Of a stretch of 47,664 nt of DNA, positions 38,214 through 45,445 are shown piece after piece. Under the pieces are notes generated by a model. The model was given only the letters and a program-made list of their open reading frames with translations. It searched no databases and was not told the DNA's origin. Every line of letters starts with the position of its first letter. The first letter of the stretch is position 1. Both the position numbers and the translations under genes were made by a program. Origin of the DNA: Candidatus Omnitrophota bacterium (GTDB taxonomy: Bacteria > Omnitrophota > Gorgyraeia > Zapsychrales > Fredricksoniimonadaceae); the NCBI GenBank assembly GCA_015234065.1, contig JADFWS010000001.1, forward strand, positions 1 through 47,664. The letters run 5' to 3'.

Positions 38214-39520
38214 TGGCACACGAGTCCTTTTCCGTCTCAGAATTGAATTCCCTTGTGAAAGATGTTGTTTCTGCCGGCTTTCCAGCCGCGTTGTGGGTAT
38301 GCGCAGAAGTCCAGAATTACGACCGCAATAAAGGGAAGGCGCATGTGTTCTTTGACCTGGTCGAAAAGGATAGCGGCGCGCGGGATGTGAAAGCCAAGAT
38401 CGGCGCGGTGATCTGGGCGGGAACGCGGCCCAGGATCGAGGCGCTTCTGCGCAAGGCGGAGAATGCGTTTGAATTAAAGGATGACATTGAAGTGCGTTTT
38501 TACGGCAGGGTGGATTTTTACCCGCCGCACGGGGCGCTGCGGTTTGTGATCGAAGGGATCGACCCGGTGTATACGCTGGGCAAGATCGCGCAGGATCGTC
38601 AGCGTTTGATCGCGGAGCTTTCCGGTGCGGGCGTTCTTGAAAAGAATAAGGCGCTGTCATTATCGCCGGTGCCGTTAAAAATAGGGCTTATTACCGCGCA
38701 TGATTCGGCGGCGTATAATGATTTTATCGACGAGCTTAGAAAGAGCGCGCTGGCGTTCGAAGTCTTTTTTGTCCCGGCGGCCATGCAGGGGAAGAATTGC
38801 GCGGCGTCTGTGATCGCGGGGCTTAAGGCGTTGCAGCGTATGGCCGGCCTCGATGCGATCGTCATCACGCGCGGCGGCGGGTCGATCGCGGAGCTCAGCT
38901 GTTTTGATTCCAAAGAGATCGCGCTGGCGGTGGCGGCATCAACATATCCGGTCCTGACCGGGATCGGGCACGAGATCAACACATCGATCACGGATCTGGC
39001 GGCGCATACGTTTGAAAAAACGCCGACCGCGATCGCACAGTTTCTGGTGGGGCGAGTGTCAACGTTCCTGGATGAGCTTGAGGAAAAAGGGGCGGCTGTT
39101 ATGGATCTGGCGCTTCAACGGCTCGAAGAGGATCGGCGCAGGCTGAAAGAACAGGCGGTCTTACTGCATCGGTTGACGCTGGAGTTGTTGGGCGCTCGGG
39201 CAAAAGTGCGGGTTCGTTTGACAGAAAAGTTGTGTCAGCAGGCATTGCGCCTGCCGTCGGTGGAATTAAGGGCGCTGGGCGTTTTGGGGAGCCGGTTAAA
39301 GCAGGCGGCGCCGCAGCGGCTTAAAAACGGGCATGTCAGGCTGGGCCATATTGAGAAAATGGTTGCCATGGCGAGTCCGAAAAATATTCTTCGCCGGGGC
39401 TTCTCGATCACACGGGCCGCGTCGGGTATGTTGGTGCGAAAGTCCTCGGATGTGTCCGAAGATGAACAGCTTGAAACGGAATTTATTGACGGAAAATTGA
39501 AAAGCAGGGTTGTTTCTTAA
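38213..39520 (+). CDS. xseA: Exodeoxyribonuclease VII large subunit
   Basis: N-terminal OB-fold region (SVSELNSLVKDVV ... VWVCAEVQNY), ITRGGGSIAEL motif, and the adjacent xseB. Confidence 0.92.
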   Translation: MAHESFSVSELNSLVKDVVSAGFPAALWVCAEVQNYDRNKGKAHVFFDLVEKDSGARDVKAKIGAVIWAGTRPRIEALLRKAENAFELKDDIEVRFYGRVDFYPPHGALRFVIEGIDPVYTLGKIAQDRQRLIAELSGAGVLEKNKALSLSPVPLKIGLITAHDSAAYNDFIDELRKSALAFEVFFVPAAMQGKNCAASVIAGLKALQRMAGLDAIVITRGGGSIAELSCFDSKEIALAVAASTYPVLTGIGHEINTSITDLAAHTFEKTPTAIAQFLVGRVSTFLDELEEKGAAVMDLALQRLEEDRRRLKEQAVLLHRLTLELLGARAKVRVRLTEKLCQQALRLPSVELRALGVLGSRLKQAAPQRLKNGHVRLGHIEKMVAMASPKNILRRGFSITRAASGMLVRKSSDVSEDEQLETEFIDGKLKSRVVS

Positions 39521-39531
39521 AAGGAGAAGGT

Positions 39532-39729
39532 ATGGCTGAGATCAAGTATTCAAAAGCGCTTGAAAAGCTGGAAGACATTATCAAGAAGATCGAGAATGAA
39601 GAGATCGACGTCGATGAACTTGCGGATAAAGTGAAAGAGGCGGCGAGCCTGATCACTATATGCCGGGAAAAGATCGAAAAGGCGGATCTTGAAGTGAAGG
39701 AAGTTGTTGATAAATTTAAGGAAGAGTAA
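39532..39729 (+). CDS. xseB: Exodeoxyribonuclease VII small subunit
   Basis: 65-aa helical protein (ALEKLEDIIKKIENEEIDVDEL) directly after xseA. Confidence 0.9.
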   Translation: MAEIKYSKALEKLEDIIKKIENEEIDVDELADKVKEAASLITICREKIEKADLEVKEVVDKFKEE

Positions 39730-39744
39730 CTTCAGGAGGGGAAT

Positions 39745-40095
39745 ATGCCGGAATGTATTTTTTGCAAGAATTTACCAAAGGTCATGGAAAATGAGTTGGC
39801 GTATGTGTTGTTTGACATTAATCCTGTTTCCAGGGGCCATGCGCTGATTATTCCGAAACGGCATTTTGAACAGATATTCGATGCGTCGAGGGAAGAGTCT
39901 GCGGCGATCAAAGAGTTGATGATGCGCATGAAAGCCAGGATCGACGCTGAGAACAAACCGGCCGGATATAATATCTGGATGAATTGTGGCCAGGCGGCCG
40001 GGCAGGTTGTCATGCACGCCCATGTCCATCTGATCCCGCGGTATGCGGGTGAGGCTATTCAGATCAAGGATCATTTGAAAGGAAACATCGAATGA
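39745..40095 (+). CDS. HIT family hydrolase
   Basis: CIFC N-terminus and histidine triad HAHVHLIPR. Confidence 0.9.
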   Translation: MPECIFCKNLPKVMENELAYVLFDINPVSRGHALIIPKRHFEQIFDASREESAAIKELMMRMKARIDAENKPAGYNIWMNCGQAAGQVVMHAHVHLIPRYAGEAIQIKDHLKGNIE

Positions 40096-40802
40096 AAGAT
40101 ATTGTGATCGGCGATATGTTCGCCAAAGCCATGGAGACGTATGCGGCGCATTTCCGGTTTTTTATCGGGCTCGCGCTTTGCGGCGCGGTGCTGTCTGCGA
40201 TAGAGGGGGTTTTAAGCGTATCGCCGGACCCGTTGATGCGCGGGGTTGCGTTGATGCTGATCCCTGCGTCGGCCGGCGTGTATGTTTTATTTTATTTAAT
40301 GACCCTTATAGCTATGTCCAAGATATTGGATGGCGAGGCCGTGGATGTGCCGGAAATGGTGGCTGCGGCGCAGGGCAAGTTGTGGCGCGCGTTTGGAGCG
40401 TATGCGCTCTTTTTTCTTATTTTTTGCGCTGGCTTCTTTTTACTGATCATTCCGGGGATCTATTTTGGCGTGATCTTTTCATTCTTTTTTTATGTGATCT
40501 TATTCGAGGACCGACGGGTGTGGGATTCATTCAAACGCAGTGAAGAGATCGTGAAAGGGAATTTCTGGAAGGTGTTCGGGGCGCATGCGCTCGTGATGCT
40601 GATCTCGGCCGCGGTGTTTGGGCCTGTCTGGGGCGCAATGTTCCTCCTCGGGGCGTCGAAAGCCTGGCAGGCCGTGGCGACGACCGTGGCCAGCGCGGGG
40701 CTAATGCCGTTCTTCTGTTGTTTTTATTACCAATTGTATCGGGCGTTATCAAAAAGGGCCGACGGGACTGTGGCGATCAAGGTATATGAAAAACCTGAAT
40801 AA
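40092..40802 (+). CDS. Hypothetical polytopic membrane protein (DUF975 / GDPD-membrane-domain-like architecture)
   Basis: 236 aa, about 5-6 TM helices. No catalytic motif recognised. Confidence 0.5.
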   Translation: MKDIVIGDMFAKAMETYAAHFRFFIGLALCGAVLSAIEGVLSVSPDPLMRGVALMLIPASAGVYVLFYLMTLIAMSKILDGEAVDVPEMVAAAQGKLWRAFGAYALFFLIFCAGFFLLIIPGIYFGVIFSFFFYVILFEDRRVWDSFKRSEEIVKGNFWKVFGAHALVMLISAAVFGPVWGAMFLLGASKAWQAVATTVASAGLMPFFCCFYYQLYRALSKRADGTVAIKVYEKPE

Positions 40803-41460
40803 ATGGATGGACTGGGTTAAGGGGTTTCGGCCTGGAGCGCTGTGGATGTCGGCGGCGCCGGTGTGTATCGGCACGGTGATGGCGTTTGGCGACGGAGTCG
40901 GGCATTGGCGGCCCGCGTTGGCAGCGCTTTTGGTGGTGGTATCACTGCATATCATGGTGAATCTTTTTCGCGATCGTTTGGCACGGCAGGGTCGATTCCT
41001 CGGTTTTGAAGACATTCTGGCGTTCGTGTTCTTCGGGCCTGTCGCGGTCGTGGGGGCATATTATGTTCAGTCTTTGGAATGGAATATGGCCGTTGTGATC
41101 GCGGGATTCGGCCCGGGTTTTTTGTCTGCCGGGATCGTGGCGGTAAACGACCTCAGGGATATTACAGCGGACCGCAAGGCCGGAAAGTTCACGCTGGCGG
41201 CGCGGTTGGGGCCGCGGTTCGTCCGTCTGGAATATTTGTTGTGCATGATCGCGGCGGCAGCGGTGCCGGTCATGGTCTATCTGGTGACAGAACATAATCA
41301 TCGTATCGTGCTGGCGTCGGGGGTTTTGTTTTTAGCCGCGCCGCTGATCCATGATGTGATGCGCTCGGATCATCCCGAGGTCCTGGGGCCGGTCATGGGA
41401 AGGACAGGGGAGTTGCTTTTTCTCTATACACTTTTATTCTCATTCGGATGGCTCATTTAA
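40786..41460 (+). CDS. menA: MenA-like UbiA-family prenyltransferase, unusually short (224 aa) and possibly degenerate
   Basis: The second Asp-rich motif is kept (NDLRDITADRKAGKFTLAARLG). Where the first motif (NxxxDxxD) should be it reads NLFRDRLA, and about 70-80 residues (about two TM helices) are absent compared with my recollection of E. coli MenA. Confidence 0.6.
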   Translation: MKNLNKWMDWVKGFRPGALWMSAAPVCIGTVMAFGDGVGHWRPALAALLVVVSLHIMVNLFRDRLARQGRFLGFEDILAFVFFGPVAVVGAYYVQSLEWNMAVVIAGFGPGFLSAGIVAVNDLRDITADRKAGKFTLAARLGPRFVRLEYLLCMIAAAAVPVMVYLVTEHNHRIVLASGVLFLAAPLIHDVMRSDHPEVLGPVMGRTGELLFLYTLLFSFGWLI

Positions 41461-42548
41461 CGATTGAACGGGTTTCATGTCATGCGTATGCGCTTCCATT
41501 GGCGCGCCCGCTGTATTTTGGCGATAGCGCGTTGAAGGAACGGCAAGGGATGATTATTTGTATGATCAGCGCTGACGGGTATGTCGGATTTGGAGAGGTT
41601 GCGCCGCTGCCGGGAATGAGCCAGGAAGATTTGAAGACAGCCCGTTATCAGGCGGACAAGCTTGCGGCGGAGTTAAAGGGAATGAGCGTCCCGCTGGCGC
41701 GTGAGGAGCTTTTGGCGTGGCTTAAGATGCGGTTTGATGTGAAGGTGTATGCGCCGTCGGTGCGTTTCGGGTTTGAGTCTGCGGTGTTATTGATGGCCGC
41801 GGCGGCGCAGGATATGTTCTTGTGCGATTATCTTCGAGAAGATTCGGCGGTAGCGGTGCGTGTGGCCGGGCTTTTGCAGGGCAGCGTTGCCGAGATCGCA
41901 GGCCAGGCCGGCCTTCTTTTGGCGCAGGGGTATTCAACGTTTAAGTTGAAAATTGGAGCGCGGAATATTCCGCTGGATGTCCATAAAGTCGAGGATGTAA
42001 AAAAGCTGTTGGGGCCGAAGGCGGTTCTGCGTTTGGATGCGGGGCGGGCGTGGCGTTTTGATGAGGCGATTCTTTTTGCGCAGAATATCGGGAAGAATCA
42101 GATCGAGTATATTGAGGAGCCGTGCAATGAGCCGGCGCGTTTTGAGGAATTTTACCGGCGGACGGATATGCCGGTGGCGGTGGATGAGAGCTTTGACCTG
42201 AGGGTGATGGAGGATTTATCTTTATTGCAGGGAGTTCAGTATTTTATTTTACGCCCGACGACAACGACGGGTGTGACGGGTTTTCTGGATGTGATGAAAG
42301 CGGCGGGGGTTCTGGGGGCAAAGGTTGTGGTCAGTTCTGCGTTTGAATCCGGTATTGGCCTGACGGCGCTGGCGAATCTGGCTGTTTTGACTGGAGAGCC
42401 TGCCGGGCTTGGGACAGCGGCGTGGTTTGAGCATGACCTTCTGACGCGGCCTGTTGTAACGGCGAAAGGGCTTATTCCTGTCGATCGTTTGAATATCGAA
42501 GCGAAATTCTTTGATCCTGCCTTTGTCCAAAACGTACACGTTATGTGA
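41448..42548 (+). CDS. menC: o-Succinylbenzoate synthase (enolase superfamily)
   Basis: FKLKIG, RLDAGRAW, YIEEPC and VAVDESF metal/catalytic motifs. men gene context. Confidence 0.8.
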   Translation: MAHLTIERVSCHAYALPLARPLYFGDSALKERQGMIICMISADGYVGFGEVAPLPGMSQEDLKTARYQADKLAAELKGMSVPLAREELLAWLKMRFDVKVYAPSVRFGFESAVLLMAAAAQDMFLCDYLREDSAVAVRVAGLLQGSVAEIAGQAGLLLAQGYSTFKLKIGARNIPLDVHKVEDVKKLLGPKAVLRLDAGRAWRFDEAILFAQNIGKNQIEYIEEPCNEPARFEEFYRRTDMPVAVDESFDLRVMEDLSLLQGVQYFILRPTTTTGVTGFLDVMKAAGVLGAKVVVSSAFESGIGLTALANLAVLTGEPAGLGTAAWFEHDLLTRPVVTAKGLIPVDRLNIEAKFFDPAFVQNVHVM

Positions 42549-42550
42549 AG

Positions 42551-42598
42551 ACCGCCACAACCCCGGAGGTTATGGCGGCGGTTGTTGATTTATCAAAT
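42551..42598. repeat. 48-bp hairpin-containing repeat, copy A
   Basis: aCCGCCACAACCccggaGGTTATGGCGGcggttgttgatttatcaaat lies just after the menC stop. 11-bp stem with one mismatch. About 80% identical to copy B by hand alignment. Confidence 0.8.
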
Positions 42599-42612
42599 AT
42601 TGGTATTTTCTT

Positions 42613-43164
42613 ATGACAAATTTAATGGCATGTCCTGTTTTTGTCAAGGCGCAGGAGTCGCCGTTTGCGGACGCGGTTCTTTGGGGCCGTCGGCGGATCT
42701 CCTGGCAGCATTTTGACGGATACGTTCATAGCACGTCGAGGTATCTGAAAGAAGTGGGCCTCAAGAAGGGGGACCGGGCGGCGGTTCTTGGTGTATTTTC
42801 GGTCGAGTATGCGATCATTGTTTGGGCGTGTTGGCGCGTCGGCATTGCGGTTGTTTTGGATGGTGCGTTCTTGGATGAGCTTGGCGTGCGCGTGGTGTTC
42901 AAGGATGATCGCGTTGCCCTGCCGCTTAAGAAAAAAGGCGTTCGCATTTTTGACCTGAAATATTCCGTTGCTTTTGAAAGTATCGACGGATTTTTAGGGC
43001 GTGACGAGCTTATTGCGCCGCAGTTGAGTCTCGATCAACCTGCGGTTGTCACGTTTAAAGATGGAAAAGTCGAAGGGCAGTCAATCCTTGATGTTTTATC
43101 AACAACCGACATAACCCCGGAGGTTATGGCGGTCGTTGAGGTTTTGTCAAATTGTAAAAGTTAG
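42613..43164 (+). pseudogene. menE: Remnant of o-succinylbenzoate-CoA ligase (AMP-dependent synthetase N-terminal stump)
   Basis: 183-aa ORF. The N-terminal region resembles adenylate-forming enzymes (ISWQHFDGYVHSTSRYLKEVGLKKGDRAAVLGVFSVEYAIIVWACWRVGIAVV). It has no TSGTTG-type P-loop, and about 300 aa of the C-terminal part are missing. Confidence 0.65.
43105..43152. repeat. 48-bp hairpin-containing repeat, copy B
   Basis: aCCGACATAACCccggaGGTTATGGCGGtcgttgaggttttgtcaaat lies at the 3' end of the menE stump, at its convergent junction with the thioesterase gene. Confidence 0.8.
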
Positions 43165-43562
43165 ATAAGGTGCGCCTGGAATTTTTGACGCCATTCGGCG
43201 GGCAAAGGGCATTTGGTTTGAGTTTTCTTGTCCACGCAGACGCTCACCGTTTTTGCAGTCCCTGCTAAAACGTCGCCCTTCATAATGGTGTAAGCAAAAG
43301 TCACGGATGTTGCACCGAGTTTTTCAATACCCACGGAAATACTGATCTTGTCACCCGCGGCGAGCATGGCTTTATAGTCAGACTCGGCATGGACTAACGG
43401 GAATGTCAACACAGGGTGATTGAGCATGTCTATGATCACAAGCCCCATAGCATCAAAAAACTTCTCTTTCGCCTCGTAAATGAGGTAGAATTGATTGGCA
43501 AAGAAAAGTCGTCCGGCCGCGTCCGTGTGATGTAAAAAGATCTGAGTATTGTATGTGAACAT
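43161..43562 (-). CDS. Hotdog-fold acyl-CoA thioesterase (4HBT/YbgC type); candidate DHNA-CoA thioesterase
   Basis: 133 aa with the N-terminal IFLHHTDAAGRLFFANQFYL pattern (catalytic Asp context). Adjacent to the men genes. Confidence 0.65.
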   Translation of the reverse strand: MFTYNTQIFLHHTDAAGRLFFANQFYLIYEAKEKFFDAMGLVIIDMLNHPVLTFPLVHAESDYKAMLAAGDKISISVGIEKLGATSVTFAYTIMKGDVLAGTAKTVSVCVDKKTQTKCPLPAEWRQKFQAHLI

Positions 43563-43657
43563 GATGTCTCCTTTATTGTTTGCGATTATAGCACAGGTAA
43601 GGTTTTTACAGGGATCTGCGACAAATTTATCAGCCAGTTAAATATTAGGAGGGGATT

Positions 43658-44263
43658 ATGAGCTATCAGCAGGCGGCACTTAAATACGCGTACGACGCGC
43701 TCGAGCCTTTTATCGACGCCAAGACCATGGAGGTTCATTATGGAAAACATCACAAGACATATGTGGAACGGTTCAATACGGCTATTGCCGGGAAGCCGGA
43801 GCTTGAAAAAAAGTCCGGGGAGGAGATCCTTTCCAACCTTGAAGCAGTACCTGAAGATGTCAGGGCTGCTGTAAGGAATAACGGAGGCGGTGCGGTCAAT
43901 CATTCGCTTTATTGGGATATCCTCGGGCCCAAGTCCGGTGGAGAGCCTCAGGGCATGATCGGCCCCGCGATCGCCACGGCATTCGGATCTTTTGCGGAAT
44001 TTAAAACGAAATTCACCGAAGCTGGCATGACACAATTCGGTTCCGGCTGGGCCTGGCTTGTGGTGAATAAAGACGGCAAGCTGGAGATCATGAAGACGGC
44101 CAATCAGGACAGTCCCTTGAGTGTCGGCAAGAAGCCGATCCTCGCGCTCGATGTATGGGAGCATGCGTATTATCTGAAATATCAGAACCGCAGGCCCGAA
44201 TATATCGAGGCGTTCTACAACGTGATCAACTGGCGCCGGGTGGATGAATTATATTGCCCGTAG
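43658..44263 (+). CDS. sod: Fe/Mn superoxide dismutase
   Basis: [10 protein letters not shown]-like N-terminus, HHKTYV, and the DVWEHAYYL signature. RBS taggagggg. Confidence 0.95.
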   Translation: MSYQQAALKYAYDALEPFIDAKTMEVHYGKHHKTYVERFNTAIAGKPELEKKSGEEILSNLEAVPEDVRAAVRNNGGGAVNHSLYWDILGPKSGGEPQGMIGPAIATAFGSFAEFKTKFTEAGMTQFGSGWAWLVVNKDGKLEIMKTANQDSPLSVGKKPILALDVWEHAYYLKYQNRRPEYIEAFYNVINWRRVDELYCP

Positions 44264-44279
44264 GGTCGCCCGGCATATC
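44263..44279. repeat. 17-bp direct repeat, left copy (gggtcgcccggcatatc)
   Basis: Identical 17-mer at 45098-45114. The two copies bracket the toxin-antitoxin cassette. Confidence 0.85.
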
Positions 44280-44328
44280 AGGCATAAATATAAATATCTA
44301 TGTTTATTTATAAAGTAGATATCTTTTT

Positions 44329-44425
44329 GGATTGATAGAGCACATATTATGTGTTACACTTATTCTGTGTTAAGGATGGATTGATAGAGCACATATTATG
44401 TGTTACACTTATTCTGTGTTAAGGA
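44329..44425 (+). promoter_or_regulatory. Tandem 49-bp duplication carrying a sigma70-like promoter with an operator palindrome in its spacer (two copies)
   Basis: The unit ggattgatagagcacatattatgtgttacacttattctgtgttaagga occurs at 44329 and 44378. Each has TTGATA-N17-TACACT, with CACATAtTATGTG inside the spacer. The second copy ends in the RBS aaggagg of the antitoxin gene. Confidence 0.6.
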
Positions 44426-44431
44426 GGATAT

Positions 44432-44665
44432 ATGACCAATTTAACGTTATCCATTGACGAGGGTCTTTTGCGCAAGGCGCGCAAGGTTGCATTTGATAAG
44501 AATACCAGCGTTAATGCCATGGTGCGTGGCTATCTTGAAAAAACGGCCACAGCCGAGAGTCTGGATATCGAAGATAAGATCAAGGCCATGCGGGCATTTT
44601 GGGATAAACATAAATTTACAGCAAAAGATGTGAAATGGTCGCGCAAGGATCTGTATGACCGCTAA
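44432..44665 (+). CDS. Antitoxin, ribbon-helix-helix-like (VapB-type)
   Basis: 77 aa. N-terminal LTLSIDEGLLRKARKVAFDKNTSVNAMVRGYLEK fits a beta-strand/helix/helix pattern. Overlaps the PIN toxin gene by 11 nt. Confidence 0.7.
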   Translation: MTNLTLSIDEGLLRKARKVAFDKNTSVNAMVRGYLEKTATAESLDIEDKIKAMRAFWDKHKFTAKDVKWSRKDLYDR

Positions 44666-45074
44666 TGTGTTCTTTGATTCCAATATTCTTGTGTATGCCC
44701 ATTGCGTTGAAGAACCGCAAAAAATGTGCATTGCGCGTGAATATATTGAAGACGGCACCCGTTACGGCATAGGTGTTGTGTCTGTTCAGGTGCTCAATGA
44801 ATTTTATGTGGTGGCGACTCAAAAACGCAAGGTGCTCACTCCGGCTGAGGGGCGGGAAGGGGTCATGCTTTTGTCAGGGCTTAGAGTTCAGGATCTTGAT
44901 CTCGCTATTGTTTTTTCTGCGTTTGATATTGAGAGGGAGTATAAAATCCATTATTGGGATGCCCTTATTATTGCGTCTGCTCAAAAAGCCGGATGCCAGA
45001 CGCTCCTTTCAGAAGACCTTAACCACAATCAAAGATTTGGCCGTCTCACGGTTAAAAATCCTTTTAAAAAATAA
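44655..45074 (+). CDS. vapC: PIN-domain toxin (VapC-type ribonuclease)
   Basis: VFFDSNILVYA N-terminus with later acidic residues (NEFY, HYWDALIIASA, LSEDL). 139 aa. Confidence 0.85.
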   Translation: MTANVFFDSNILVYAHCVEEPQKMCIAREYIEDGTRYGIGVVSVQVLNEFYVVATQKRKVLTPAEGREGVMLLSGLRVQDLDLAIVFSAFDIEREYKIHYWDALIIASAQKAGCQTLLSEDLNHNQRFGRLTVKNPFKK

Positions 45075-45080
45075 AAGAAA

Positions 45081-45111
45081 ATGCCGGGCGACCCGCTGGG
45101 TCGCCCGGCAT
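45081..45111 (+). terminator. Perfect 14-bp stem, 3-nt loop hairpin after vapC (intrinsic-terminator-like)
   Basis: ATGCCGGGCGACCC gct GGGTCGCCCGGCAT, followed by atctccaattttatcc. The T-tract is weak. Confidence 0.6.
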
Positions 45112-45219
45112 ATCTCCAATTTTATCCTTTCCTTTTTTTCTGCAATTTATTTCTCATCTAATTAAGATTGTGTTAATTTATATTCATTCGTATATGTAAT
45201 TTCAGGCAAAGCAAGTAAT

Positions 45220-45348
45220 GCGGGGGATCCTTCGGCCTGTGGGCCTCAGGATGACGCGACTTGCGGGGGATCCTTCGGCCTGTGGGCCTCAGGATGACGC
45301 GACTTGCGGGGGATCTTTCGGCCTGCTGGCCTCAGGATGACGCGATTT
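45220..45348. repeat. Three tandem 43-bp copies of the REP-like hairpin element
   Basis: gcgggggatccttcggcctgtgggcctcaggatgacgcgactt starts at 45220, 45263 and 45306. The third copy is slightly diverged: atcttt and ctgctgg in the core, and gcgattt for gcgactt at the unit's 3' end. Confidence 0.9.
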
Positions 45349-45372
45349 GTACAGGATGATGTATATAGGCCT

Positions 45373-45403
45373 GTCATTCTGAGCCCGAAGGGCGAAGAAT
45401 CTC
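45373..45403. repeat. REP-like hairpin element, inverted orientation and compensated variant
   Basis: gtcATTCTgaGCCCgaaGGGCgaAGAATctc. Its reverse complement aligns with gATCCTtcGGCC..GGCCtcAGGATgac. Confidence 0.7.
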
Positions 45404-45445
45404 CGAATTTCTTTTCACCAAACCCGGTTTGAGATACTGCACTTC

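Noticed and set aside
6760-43975. Cyanobacterial-style HIP1 (GCGATCGC) signal
   Set aside because: I spotted only about four copies in 47.7 kb, far below HIP1 densities. The gene content (Nqr, Ahb pathway) is not cyanobacterial. The copies are better explained as a by-product of the general GATC/CGATCG enrichment.
43586-44164. 192-aa minus-strand ORF
   Set aside because: It is antisense to the superoxide dismutase gene, which has the diagnostic DVWEHAYYL motif.
44263-45114. Integron gene cassette (attC) interpretation of the repeat-flanked toxin-antitoxin module
   Set aside because: The flanking hairpin lacks the RYYYAAC/GTTRRRY core sites of attC. No intI gene, attI site or neighbouring cassettes are visible.
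45220-45348. Possible CRISPR array, because of short regularly spaced repeats
   Set aside because: The three 43-bp units are contiguous with no unique spacers. No cas genes are in the window, and the unit belongs to a dispersed REP-like hairpin family.
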